Source of the DNA: Octopus sinensis
Taxonomy: Eukaryota
Length of the DNA: 64,000 nt
Direction of reading: 5' to 3'
NCBI RefSeq assembly: GCF_006345805.1
Contig: NC_043005.1
Span: 79,980,001 to 80,044,000 of the forward strand
The notes under the pieces were generated by a model. That model was not told where the DNA came from and searched no databases. It worked only from the letters and a program-made list of their open reading frames with translations. Shown here piece after piece: positions 40,085 through 53,829 of this stretch. Numbering within the stretch: position 1 is the stretch's first letter; every line of letters begins with the position of its first letter. The position numbers and the translations under genes were made by a program.

Positions 40085-40363
40085 GTATATATGTATACAT
40101 ACACATACACACACATATACGTCTATAAATGAGTATATGTATGTACATAAATTTGCATTTTAAAAACTGACATTACGTAGCAACCTATGTCCAAAGGTGA
40201 GAGAATCTTTTGACAATGCAACATTATATGGCTATGTGTGTGTATGTGTGTGTGTTTGCGCGCGTTCCTGTGTATGAGTGTGTCAGTATATGTATATGAG
40301 TGCATATATATATGTATATATGTTCAGGTATATGTATATATATTACATACACGTCATATATAC

Positions 40364-40409
<46 letters not shown>

Positions 40410-40421
40410 TATATATATATC

Positions 40422-40455
<34 letters not shown>

Positions 40456-41289
40456 CATACACTTATAGACACACACATATATATATATTTCATATATATG
40501 TATGTATATATATATGTATATATCTTTATATATCCATATACATACCCACATATGTATATACACACACACACACACACTCAATGGTTTAGTAACTTATAGA
40601 CGCCCTAAATGAAGCACTCTACCTTATACTCACACACACACACACATACATACATATGCAGGTATGTATGTATTTATGTATGTATGTATGTATGTATGTA
40701 TGCATGTATGTGTATATGTACGTGTGTGTTCGTAGATGCGTGTGTGAGTGTGTTCCTTTTTTTTTCGAATGCGAAAACATGTGAACATAGATGTTTGCAT
40801 ATAAAATATAAGAATTAAATAATATATGGATTTATCGATGAAAGAAATATAAGAATAATAACAATAATAATACTCATAACAATAAGAAGAATGAAAAACG
40901 AAATCGTAGCACCATATGGTTTTTAAAAGATACTGGTGTAGTAAGAACAAACGCAACTTTAAAATTCCACTTTTGTCAGGCAAATCAATTACATCCAAAT
41001 ATTTTCTTTCAACAAATACAATATGACTTTATTCTTTATTTTATTATTATTATTTTTTAGTCTTTGTTGCATTGCATTCTATAGAGAAAGGAGATAATAA
41101 ATGTATATATACAAAAAAAATAGTTTAATAAAAAGCGAAAAAGAAAAACATTAAACAAAAACCATAAAACAAACAAGCAACAATAGAGAAATTTTATTTT
41201 TAAAAAAATATATACAAAGAGAACAATAAATTGAAAGACTTATATTTTTAAACAATTTTATGTCATTTTTATATGAGCATTATTTCTCC

Positions 41290-41292
<3 letters not shown>

Positions 41293-41350
<58 letters not shown>

Positions 41351-41405
41351 TATTATTATATTATTATTATTATATTATTATTATTATCATCATCATCATT
41401 ATTAC

Positions 41406-41475
<70 letters not shown>
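41293..41475. repeat. (ATT)n microsatellite
   Basis: Directly visible. Confidence 0.95.
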
Positions 41476-41477
<2 letters not shown>

Positions 41478-42128
41478 TTCTATATTTCATTTCATTTTAT
41501 TTTCATATCGAATCTTGCTCTATTTGTTCCATTTACGGGCGAATGGAATCGTAAAAATAGCGGAAAATGTTCCTATTGTTAAATGTGATCGTCGCTTCTC
41601 AATGTTGCTTGCAAAAGTACTTTAAACGTTGATGTCTCCTACGCTGCGATTGCAGGAAAGCAATAATTATTCAAATGAACGGACAAAGCCGACCGGAAGT
41701 TTGTTGCATGCAATAAAAGCTAAATCGCTCGTCATTGGGGACCCACAAATTTCACCTAAGGAGACACTAATTTCGGATCGTAAAATAAAATGTTAAGTTA
41801 AAATGGTGCTCGTGTGTTCGTATTAATGTGTGATTTCCTTTGTATGATGAATGGTGAATGATAGAAAGAAAAAAATGAAAGTAAAAACGAAAGTAAAATA
41901 TCACACAAATAGATACGCACAAACACATAATCACCCTCACACACACATACAAACATACACCCTAACAGAGAGAGAGAGAGAGAGAGAGAGAATTTTATAT
42001 AGATAGATAGAGAGAGGTATGTATACAGAATGAGAGAGAGAATGAGAGAGAGAGGAGAGATTTGTAGATAGGTTGGTTGATAGGTAGATAGATTAAGAGA
42101 CATATAAGTTGTATATGTATATGTATAT

Positions 42129-42159
<31 letters not shown>

Positions 42160-42202
42160 TAGGGAGAGAAAAAGAGAGACAGACAGACAAATCAATAGAT
42201 AG

Positions 42203-42259
<57 letters not shown>

Positions 42260-42385
42260 CAGACAGATAGATAGAGAGATAGACAGGCAGATAGACAGAT
42301 AGAGAGAGAGATAGACATACATACAGAGAGATAGATAGATAGACAGACAAACAAAGAGAGAGAGAGATAGAGAGAGAGAGATAGC

Positions 42386-42418
<33 letters not shown>

Positions 42419-42654
42419 ATAGATATAGAGAGAGATAGACAGATAGACAGATAGAAAGATAGATAGATAGATAAATAGACAGATAAATAGTTAGATAGAT
42501 AGACAGAAGGATAGCTACATAGAGAGATAGAGATAGAGTGAGAGAGATAAAGAGAGAGAAAGTATGATGCAAATATTTTTAATAGCGTCAGCGATACACA
42601 CAACCGTGAATCGTCAATCAGTGAAACCGTTTATTTTTATTGCCATAACTATAT

Positions 42655-42758
<104 letters not shown>

Positions 42759-42998
42759 ACATAACAAATGTATTATATATTATATTTGTGTTTGTTTTAG
42801 AAAGTTGTAAACGAAGGACTGTCAGTTCAAAGAAACACAGGATATATTATTTATTGTTGTACTACGAATAATGCAGTTAGAGTTGTTGATGTATCGTAAC
42901 AACTTACGCCTTTGAATGTAGGAGATTAAACGCATGGTGATCATATCAGTTATACGTTTACTTGAGTAGAAAAAATGCATTGTAGTATTGCTTATTCT

Positions 42999-43637
42999 AA
43001 GACCACAGGAGAATTTAAAAACGAAGTTGCACTCGGTACAAAGGCAGTGCTCCCGCTGCGTATAATGATTCGTAATGTTCATTATTGCAACTCTTTATAC
43101 TTGTTATAACTACGATATCGCAGTAAAAATATAAAGCAAAGTATCTGCTCTTCATTCGTCTCTGTAGATACGATGCTCGCTTTCAAACCATGTGGATAGT
43201 GGTTCAATCCTGCTCCACAGTACCTTGGGATAGTGTCTTGTACTATGGTCCCAGACCAATTATTGCTTTGTTCGTAAATTTGGTGGACGGTAAGTTTATA
43301 TCTTTTGTCATGGAAACCAAGACTACGGGAGAATTTAAAAACGAAGTTGCATTCGGTACACACGCAGTGCTCCCGCTGCGTATAATGATTCATAATGTTC
43401 ATAATTGCAACTCTTTATACTAATTATAACTACGAAATCGCAGTAAAGAGATAAAGCAAACTATTTGCTCTTCGTTCGTTTCTGTAGATACGATGCTCGC
43501 TTTCAAACCACGTGGATAGTGGTTAAACCCTGCTCCACTGTACCTTGGGATAGTGTCATGTACTATGGTCCCAGGCCAATTATTGCTTTGTTTGGGAATT
43601 TGGAGGACGGTAAGTTAATATCTTTTGTCATGGAAAC
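42999..43637 (+). repeat. Direct tandem duplication, 320-bp period, containing a degenerate SINE-B head
   Basis: Units 42999-43318 and 43319-43637, about 90% identical by eye. Confidence 0.9.
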
Positions 43638-44456
43638 AGTTCTTCGCTGTACGCTGAAAGGTGCAAACACACCGAGTCGTCTCACTGCACCCTCTAAGCA
43701 GACTTTTGGATGGATGCGTTTCGGAGTGGTTATATCCTCTTCAGCAGCAGAGACCAGTAAGTCAGTGACACATGCGACAGGTGTTGTATGTATGTCAAAA
43801 TTCAATTTTATCTCAAGATTTCTTGCCAATAGAGAAAGAATCGATTTCTAACCTAGATCCAAGGCGCCATCATTGGAACTGCAACATAAGCAACAGGGTA
43901 TTTTTGTATGTATATATGTATGTATGTACGTATGTATGTATGCATTAAAATTTGTATGTGTTGTTATATGCATGTCTTGTCATGCATATATTTGCATGCT
44001 CATATATACTTATGTGACAATCTTCTGGAAAGTTTTACAGATATTTTACAGTCCCAGCGATAGATTGGATCTGTAGTCTTCAAATTAGCTTCTACCTTTT
44101 TGGTTTTGAGAAATCTAATGTTTCAGTAATGGCATTTAGGCAGTGTGGGACTGAACCCGGAACCATGTGGTTGGTAAGCAAAGTACTTACCAAACAGACA
44201 CTCCTGCACCTATGTATTTATATTTGTATGCATGTGTCTATATTCGTATATATATCTCTGTATATGTATATGTGTTTATGTATATATATATGTGATTATA
44301 TATATATATGTGTGTGCATGTATCTACATATTATTGTATGTATATATAAGTATATATAGAAATACAATGATTCGTATGTATGAATATGAATTTACGTTGG
44401 TATATTATTGACATCAACTTAGACATAATTTGTATTGTGATCTGTTATTTCAACAG

Positions 44457-44498
<42 letters not shown>

Positions 44499-44529
44499 TA
44501 TAGATAGATAGATAGATAGATAGAGATAA

Positions 44530-44602
<73 letters not shown>

Positions 44603-44667
44603 CGGATGGATGGATGGTTAGATAGACATATATAGATAGATTAATTGATAGATAGATATATAGATAT

Positions 44668-45028
44668 GTTTCTTTATTAACCACACAGGGCTGAACACAG
44701 ACGGGACAAATTACAAAGTAGAGCTTTTCTTTTCGGGGAGAAAAAAAAGTTGGGTAGGTTTTCGATCAAAAGGGATCTTAAAAAGAAAAGAAAAAAACAA
44801 TCAATAGAGATCGTGTATCACAGAAATGACATGATGTAAAGTGTAAAGGGGGAAGCAGATAAGGTTTATCCGTGGAAAGAAAAGCCTAAGGAAAAGACTA
44901 CGGTAACCTCGGTCAATAATGTCACATGTTAACACATTTATTTGCAAGTAAGTAGCACTCTATTTTAAATTTTTCCGGGTTTATAGGATTATGCTCAAGG
45001 TGGCTTCGTCATTCATACGTGCCATCAT
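44668..45028 (-). mobile_element. 3' end of a probable L1/Tx1-like LINE embedded in (GATA)n
   Basis: Terminal codons [15 protein letters not shown], a T-rich 3' UTR, and an AATAAA-containing end followed by (TATC)n. The clade assignment rests on recall of octopus elements. Confidence 0.5.
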
Positions 45029-45062
45029 AGAAAGATAAATTGATAGATAAATAGATAGATAA

Positions 45063-45095
<33 letters not shown>

Positions 45096-45185
45096 CAGAG
45101 ATAAATGAATAAATAAATTGATAGATAGATGGATAGATATATTGATAGATAGATAACTAGATAATTTGATAGATAGATAGATAGA

Positions 45186-45255
<70 letters not shown>

Positions 45256-45974
45256 GATATTTTTCTGCTATTTCAGCAGAAACCGTAAAGTGTTACGATT
45301 TGGCATAGTTGTTAGACAACCGAGCGAAATAACTTTATTGTAATTGTTTCGTTGCTCGAAGTTCAAATTCGACCGAGGACAACTCCTTTCTTTTCTTTTC
45401 GAAATCGACAAATAAAATACCAATGAATTAGTGAGATCGATCTCTTTTTTTTTTTTTTCCTTTTATTGACATCGGCTGCGTGAAGGGACCGAGCAAAGAG
45501 CATTAATATCACTCCGTGGACGTAAACTTACGAAATCTGGAAACAGAGGTAAAACAAGACAATAAACTTTCACATTATACGTTTTCAAATCACTGAATAA
45601 AACAAATGAATCGTACAGATATCCGTGAAGATGTCCTTACATATAAATGCTCAAAAGCATGCAGATATATTTACATATATCACTGAGTTCAATATCCATA
45701 TCGAAACCTCTTTCTCGTATATGTATATAAATATTTGCATGTTTTTTTTGTAGAACTTCATACGTTACTAATAGCATCGTTTTCCATGCTGTGCACTCAC
45801 TGCATTACATTAACTGATATGTGCAGCGTGTTCTATTTTGATTTGCGTCTTGAGAATATTTGTTTCTCCATCTGCAAATGGTATATATATATATATTTAT
45901 TTTATTTACATCAGGAGAATATGCATTTATCTATAGATGACACGTTAAACCAATACACACACACACATCTGTTT

Positions 45975-46007
<33 letters not shown>

Positions 46008-46068
46008 ATATATATATATAACATATATACATACATATATATATGTATATATTTACATATATATAATG

Positions 46069-46128
<60 letters not shown>

Positions 46129-46877
46129 TACTATATATATATATATATATTATATATATGTATATATATATATATATATCTATATATATTATTATATATT
46201 AATATATATATGTATATATATATATGCACACATACATAAATACATGTCGGTGTGTATGTCTGTGTGTGTGCCTGTGTGTGCGTGTGTGTGCATGTGCATA
46301 AATGAGAGAGATGATTATGCATATGTCTTTGAGTTATTGTGTATTACGTACAAAGGAGGATGTGAAGAAGGGAGATAATCTAGAATGATAGAAAAACATT
46401 AAAGAATGAAACCGCGTTTTTCTTGGCGTATAAGATGATTTTTATTTATAGAATCTATAGTGCTCGATGAGGAAAGAATTAAAAATATTGGATAAAATCT
46501 CTAAGAGCAATAGGACGAAATTGTCAACGGTCTATGTCGGATCTAATTTGTCATTAGAATAAAGATATAGCATGCGTCAGTCATTTCCAAAAAGGCGATA
46601 AAAGTAACCTAACTCACTGTGATAAGAGAGTGATATGATAATCCTACTGTGGACTAAGTTAAACCAACTGAAGTACTCTGCGCCCTTTGATTAGTTGCTT
46701 CGCTTGCACTAGTCTCGCTGGGTCAGAGTAAAAATCAAGTGAGTGCGACGCGAGTAGGTGAGAGAGAGACTGGCAGAAGCAGTGACAGACATAATCCTGT
46801 CTACTATAGGTAAAAGGCCTGGAATTGGCGAGGAGGGTGTTAGTTCATTATAAATAAGTGAATATATAATACACACA

Positions 46878-46975
<98 letters not shown>

Positions 46976-47110
46976 ACACTATATTACATACATATATTAC
47001 ATACATGTAATATAATTTTTCTGAATCTTCAGATTTTTCTATATCCTAGACTACTAAATTGATATTAATCAAATTAATATGCAATTTTTCACTGTTATAT
47101 ATATATATAT

Positions 47111-47298
47111 AGTGGCTGTGTGGTAAGTAGGTTGCTTACGAACCACGTGGCACCTTGGGCAGGTGTCTTCTAGTATAGCCACGGGCCGACCAAAATCTTG
47201 TGAGTGGATTTGGTAAACGGAAACTGAAAGAAGCCCGTCGTATATATGTATATATAATACACACACATATATATGTATTATATATAATACACACACAC

Positions 47299-47352
<54 letters not shown>

Positions 47353-47553
47353 TTGTGTGTCTGTGTTTGTCTCCCCAACATCGCTTGACAACCGATGCTG
47401 GTGTGCTTACGTCCCCGTAACTTAGCGTTTCGGCAAAAGACACCGATAGAATAAGTACTAGGCTTACAAAGAATAAGTGCCGATTTGGTCGACTAAAGGC
47501 GGTGCTCCAGCATGGCCGCAGTCAAATGACTGAAATAAGCAAAAGAGTAAAGA
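47111..47553 (+). mobile_element. SINE family B, full length
   Basis: Complete structure with an expanded TA/CA/TG spacer. Confidence 0.9.
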
Positions 47554-47653
47554 TTATATACATATAGCTACATTAAATCCCTGAGCTAGAAGTGAACAAT
47601 AACCATACGGAATCGTAAAATATATTTGCCAACTAAATGTGGTAATCCATAGA

Positions 47654-47938
47654 GGACGATGTTACTGTTGTTTTTAGCCTCATGAAGACATCTCCTCTAG
47701 CTGTCTAATGACACACTCTGTGTCCGAATAGCATTTGCGAGGGGGGGAGGCCATCGCTCCCACCTCTAGACTTGATACACACAGACCCGGGTTTCTTGAT
47801 AGTTACCTTCAGTGTGTGATAATCACCAGCTAGTGAAGAAAACTCATTCCACTCGCAAATACTAATCAGACACAGACAGTCTGTCGTTAGTCAGATGGAG
47901 ATGTCTTCTTAGGGCTAAAAACAATAGTAGCATTGTCC
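47654..47938. mobile_element. MITE with TIRs of about 55 bp, related to the 12926 element
   Basis: ggacgatgttactgttgtttttagcc..gaagacatctcc versus the reverse complement of ggagatgtcttc..ggctaaaaacaatagtagcattgtcc. Its start aligns with 12975-13070. Confidence 0.75.
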
Positions 47939-48006
47939 TGTATGGGACCGCGCCACATTTAGTTGGCAATATATTTTACACACACACAAACACAAACCAC
48001 ACATAC

Positions 48007-48067
<61 letters not shown>

Positions 48068-48779
48068 CATACAGACGTATTCACATACGCACACATATAT
48101 ACACATACAAACACACAAACAACACACAAACACATATTTAAATATAATAGTGTATGAAACTTACAAGAAGAGAAAACCACCATATGGATTTCTTACATGC
48201 TAAAAATGGCAGTCAAAGCTTAAAACCACGAATGAATATTCGTACCTTAATGCACGTTGATTTGGACATGAGCAAGACATTTGAGTGAATAAAATATAGT
48301 AATAATTATATATATATATATGCACACACACATACATATGTGTGTGAATTTGTGTGAGTACATGTGTGTGTGTGTGTGCTCAACCTTAGTGCTCAAGTGG
48401 TATCTACTTTTTCGACGCCGAAATGCATAGTCGAAAGAAGCAGAATTTGAACTTAGATCCTAAAGCTGAATGAAATGTTGCTAAGCATTTTGTTCGGCTT
48501 GCTATCTCTTCTGCTAGCTTGCTACCTGACTGTCACTCATTATAATGAGATGATACATAGCAAGGTTTTACTTAGGCCATCTTGAGTGTCCGTCGCACCC
48601 TTATTGTGATCCTAGCATATGCATGTATGCATGTATGTATGTATTTATGCGACAAAACACTGTGCACTATTTACTCCGGTTTGTTAGAGTTGCCGCTACT
48701 CATTTCTTTTAATACTTTTAGTTCTATAAACTATAAACTGATGTCTAAATTATTTGCCAAGCCCATACATTTATCTATG

Positions 48780-49150
48780 TCCTTCGCTTCTTATGAAGCA
48801 AAAGCCATTGGCTTATGCTCGACTCTGAACTGTTTTTTCCGTTTCTTTTCAGTCTCACTATTCCATCTCCAGCTAGTTTTAGGAAATGCTCTCTTCTGCC
48901 TCTCTTGTGGGTTTCAGGTTAGAACCTGACGTGCAATTCAGAATGTTGGTTTCCTTTTGGATTTTGCTGCATTATATCATATGTATACGTGAAGAAAGGG
49001 CTTCCTCTACCAGGTTTTGAATTATCATCGATGCTTCTATAACCTTGCTTTTTTTCTAGGTAGTGGTGTTGGCCCTAAGAAAACTCCATTTTACCTCTGA
49101 GAAGAGATGTTGTCTGACCACTGTCCTCTGAGATGTTGCTATGAGAAGCT
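48780..49150 (-). mobile_element. RTE-clade LINE 3' relic
   Basis: HLRGQWSDNIS and IARQVLT*NPQERQKRAFPKTSWR resemble RTE ILxIRWPDxIS and [24 protein letters not shown]. Confidence 0.6.
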
Positions 49151-50445
49151 CTCCCACAAGCTTGCGTTTTACTGGCATAGATTTCAGGTTCGCTGAGGCA
49201 TGCAAGCCACTACATCGCAACAAGGACTGGAACTTGCGGTGGAAATCATACATTTTGGTGAATTAGAAGTCGATTAATCCCACCTTCAGTACATGTTTCA
49301 TCAAATTAGGAATGGTGAAAGAGAAAGTCACAGTCAACCACCGCGGGATTTGAACCTAGAATCATAATGAAATGCCGGAGGACGCTTTACCCGTCGCATT
49401 ACCGATTCGACTAATGTATTGCCTTCTATTAGTCATATATAATCTATAAATAAATATACACGATTCTTTATTAAGTTATTAATTTTCGATTTATTTCTAA
49501 ATCGGAGTAAAATACAAAACTGATAAATGCAGTAATTATTTAATTAGTAAATTAGTTAATTTAGTTAATTAATTATTTTGTTTAATCTGTTAGCTCAACC
49601 AATCCTTTTTACTAAACGTACGTAGATTTTCCATTTTTACATTTAATAATTCACAAAGAATAGGACTATTATTCCAACTACCATAATCATAATTACATCT
49701 GCCTCTATAGTAGCTGAAGTTTTGTTTCTTTTGAAATCATTTCCAACACCATTGTTATGATGTTAAATGACTTTATGTACAGACGATAAATATTGACCAT
49801 ACATCCTTTTCATAGCAGGAAATCACATATTCAAGCACGTGTCTTCGTGATGATTTCTCTATACAATGGCTTGCGATTATGTGTGAAACTTTACGTGCGA
49901 TTTTCAGAAAATAACATTTTTTTTCCTCCGATATTGGAATGACCCTAAGAAACAGCGACCACACCCACGAAACAGAAAGAACGTGAAGTATTACAAAGGA
50001 AAACAAAAGAGATTTGATGCAAAGAAGAAAGTAAGTTATGATGTATACTAACATTGCAAAATGTAAAATCTATTATGCTTATGAAAAGCAAAATATCCTA
50101 GCAATCGTGTTAACGTGCTGTCAAGTGAATATTGAATATTTCTTTAAATGAGTCTAGAAATATATGGCTAAATGTAAGTATAAAAGTTTATCAATAATAT
50201 AAATAATACGCCAAAATATGAGAACTTATATGTGATACCAACATTTCAAATAGTAGTTGTCAGATATCTGAAGCGAGTGTTATATAAATAGACATAGTGA
50301 GTATTATATATTATATTTTTGTGAGCATTCATCCAGAAATATAATCTGATAAAAGGCGTAATAAATAATAAACAATAAATAATAAATAATACATGGAAAC
50401 TTGATCAAATTACATGAATGTTAATAATATTTGTGTATTTATTTT

Positions 50446-51490
50446 AAGGCGGTGAGCTGTCAGAAACGTTAGCACGCCGGGCGAAATGCTTAGTGGTATT
50501 TCGTCTGCTGCTACGTTCTGAGTTCAAATTCCGCCGAGGTCCACTTTGCCATTCATTCTTTCGGGGTCGATTAAATAAGCACCAGTTACGCTCTGGGATC
50601 GATATATAATCGACTAAATCCGTTTGTCTGTCCTTGTTTGTCCTCTCTGTATTTAGCCCCTTGTGGGTAGTAAAGAAATGGGTATTTCGTCTGCCGTTAC
50701 GTTCTGAGTTCAAATTCCACCGAGGTCGACTTTGACTTTCATCCTTTCGGGGTCGATTAAGTAAGTACCAGTTACGCACTGGGGTCGATATAATCGACTT
50801 AATCCGCTTGTCTGTCCTTTTTTGCTGTTTCTATATTTAGCCCCTTGTGGGCAATATAGAAATAAGAAACGTTAGCACGCCGGACGAAATACTTATAAAG
50901 GGGCGAGCTGGCAGAAACGTTAGCACGCCGGGTGAAATGCGTAGCCGTATTTCGTCTGATGTTACGTTCTGAGTTCAAATTCCACCGAGGTCGACTTTGC
51001 CTTTCATCCTTTCTGGGTCGATTAAATAAGTACCAATTACGTACTAGGGTCGATATAATCGACTTAATCCGTTTGTCTGTCCTTATTTGTCCTCTCTGTG
51101 TTTGGCCCTTTGTGGCTAATAAAGAAACAGGCATTTCATCTGCCGTTATGTTCTGAGTTCAAATTTCGCCGCGGTCGACTTTGCCTTTCATCCTTTCGCG
51201 GTCGATTAAATAAGTACCAATTACCTACTGGGGTCGATATAATCGACTTAATCCATTTGTCTGTCCTTGTTTGTCCCTTCTGTGTTTAGCCCCTTGTGGG
51301 TAGTAAAGAAATAGATATTTCGTCTGCCGTTACATTCTGAGTTCAAATTCTGCCGAGGTCGACTTTGCCTTTCATCCTTTCGTGGTCGATTAAATAACTA
51401 CCAGTTACGCACTGGGGCTGATGTAATCGATTTAATTTCTTTTTTCTCCCATCTGTGTTTAGTCCCCTGTGGGCTATAAGGAAATAAATG
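50446..51490 (+). mobile_element. Tandem array of SINE family A units (five units of about 180 bp, two heads)
   Basis: Heads at about 50446 and 50897; headless units restart at gtatttcgtctgccgttacg at about 50682, 51130 and 51314. Confidence 0.9.
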
Positions 51491-52030
51491 TTATTTGTGT
51501 TTGTTTAGTTGAAAGTAAAATTACTATTTTTGCTTGTAAAATACGGCGCTGAGGTGGTAGAAGCGTTGGTACATCGGACAGAATCCTTCACGGCTTATCC
51601 TCTGGATCTTTCAGCTTTGAGTTCAAATTCCACAGACACTGACTTCGCTTTTCATCCTTTTGAGGTCGAGAAAATAGCTACAGTTGAGCACTGAAATCGG
51701 TGTAATCGGTTTACAACGACCCTTCAGAAATTGCTGGCCTTGCGCTGAAATTAGAAAGAATTATTTCTGCTAAAACTAAAAATACCTCGCTGATAAAATA
51801 AGGAAGCGAGTTGGCAGTATAGTTAGGGCGTCAGACAAACTGCATAGTAACAGTTCTTCCGCTAATTTACGTTCTGAGTTCAAACCCACTGAGGTAAACT
51901 TTTCCTTTCATCCTTACGAGGTCAATAAAACTATAAGGTACAACTCATAATGCTGGGGTCCATGAAATCGATTAATCCTCTTCGCCTAGTCTTGTACACA
52001 AATTTTAAACAATAGCTTTGTTGGTATTAC

Positions 52031-52451
52031 TCTTTTTTATGTGTTTCAGTCATGTGACTGTGGCCATGCTGGAGCACCGCCTTTAGTCGAGCAAATCGAC
52101 CCCAGGACTTATTCTTTCTAAGCTTAGTACGTATTCTATCGGTCTCTTTTTGCGAACCGCTAAGTTACGGGGACGTAAACACACCAGCGTCGGTTATCAA
52201 GCGATATTGGGAGGAGGGGCAAACACAGACACACAAACAGATATACACATACATACACACACACATATATATATATACATATATATATATATGCGACGGG
52301 CTAAATTTTAGTTTCCGTCTAACAAATCCACTCACAAGGCTTTGGTCGGCCCAAAGTTATAGTAGAAAACACATGCCCAAGGTGCTAGGCAGTGGGACTG
52401 AACCCAGACCCATGTGGTTCGTAAGCAAGCTGCTTACCACACAGCCACTCC
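52031..52451 (-). mobile_element. SINE family B, full length
   Basis: Reverse complement of the consensus. Confidence 0.9.
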
Positions 52452-52821
52452 TTCGCCTATTATTATTTTGTTTTCTTTTCGAGACACAAGGATTAAACTT
52501 TTTGAGGGGTCACTACGTCTGAATATCAGAAGCAAATTGTGTGGTGTCTTGATCTTTGATTCCCCATTCACTGATTCGTTTCTTAAATCAATACTTTGTA
52601 ATAATGAAATTTAATGACATATTTTTATCAAAAAAAAAAAAAAAAAAAAATTAAGGGTAGGACTTGTCGATTACACTGATCCCAGTGCCCAACTGGTACT
52701 TCTTATATAAACCTCGAAATGATGAAAGGCAAAACTTGACTTTTTTGGCATTTGATGTCAGAACGTAAACACTGGACAAAATATTGCTGAGCATTTTGTC
52801 AGGCATCATTTATTTTTTATC

Positions 52822-53193
52822 GGAGGCGCAATGGCCCAGTGGTTAGGGCAGCGGACTCGCGGTCGTAGGATCGCGGTTTCGATTCCCAGACCGGACGTTG
52901 TGAGTGTTTATTGAGCGAAAACACCTAAAGCTCCACGAGGCTCCGGCAGGGATGGTGGTGATCCCTGCTGTACTCTTTCACCACAACTTTCTCTCTTACT
53001 TCCTGTTTCTGTTGTACCTGTATTTCAAAGGGCCGGCCTTGTCACTCTCTGTGTCACGCTGAATCTCCCTGAGAACTACGTTAAGGGTACACGTGTCTGT
53101 GGAGTGCTCAGCCATTTACACGTTAATTTCACGAACAGGCTGTTCCGTTGATCGGATCAACCGGAACCCTCGTCGTCGTAACCGACGGAGTGC
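52822..53193 (+). mobile_element. SINE family C, full length with a well-preserved tRNA-like head
   Basis: A box tggcccagtgg, B box gtttcgattccc; the body is shared with 13867, 34705 and 4918. Confidence 0.9.
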
Positions 53194-53829
53194 TTCCATC
53201 CATTTTTTATCTTTCACTTGTTTCACTCATTCGACTGCGACGATGCTGGAGCACCGCCTCGAAGAATATTTTAGTCGAATGAATCGACTCGGTACTTAAG
53301 CTTTTTTTAAGCCTGGTATTGTTATGTCGGTCACTTATTGTCGAACGACTATGTTACGGGAATACAAACCAGCCAACAAGCGTTTTGGGGGGACAAACAC
53401 AGAACATAAAGACGCATATAGACACACTTGTCACATCACTTTTCCCAGCCACACGCATACAAACACACGCTCACACACGCACGCACACACGTCCACAACA
53501 TACATATATATGTCCACATACATGCTCTCACACAAACTCATACGCACATAGACATGCGCGCGCGTACTCTCACACCCTCATACGTTCACACGCAAACACA
53601 TACGCATACACAGCAACATCAGCTCATTCACACACTCTTCACCTCCGAATCGAAATTTGGCTACTAACCTGTTCGACGGCACCACACCCTCGCGCATAAA
53701 TCACTCACATAAGCAAAGATACATATGCGCAATATACTGCCACACACACACACAGAGAGGCTATTTTTGCACTCTCCTATCTTAAAAACCACTTTCTATA
53801 TCTCTCACCATTTCGCTCAGTTCAGCCAT

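Noticed and set aside
50446-51490. Regular repeat units that superficially resemble a CRISPR array
   Set aside because: The units are about 180 bp, have no unique spacers, derive from a SINE, and lie in a eukaryotic context with no cas genes.
52822-52895. tRNA-like sequence
   Set aside because: It continues directly into the SINE-C body shared with three other copies, and the acceptor and anticodon stems are imperfect. It is a SINE head, not a tRNA gene.
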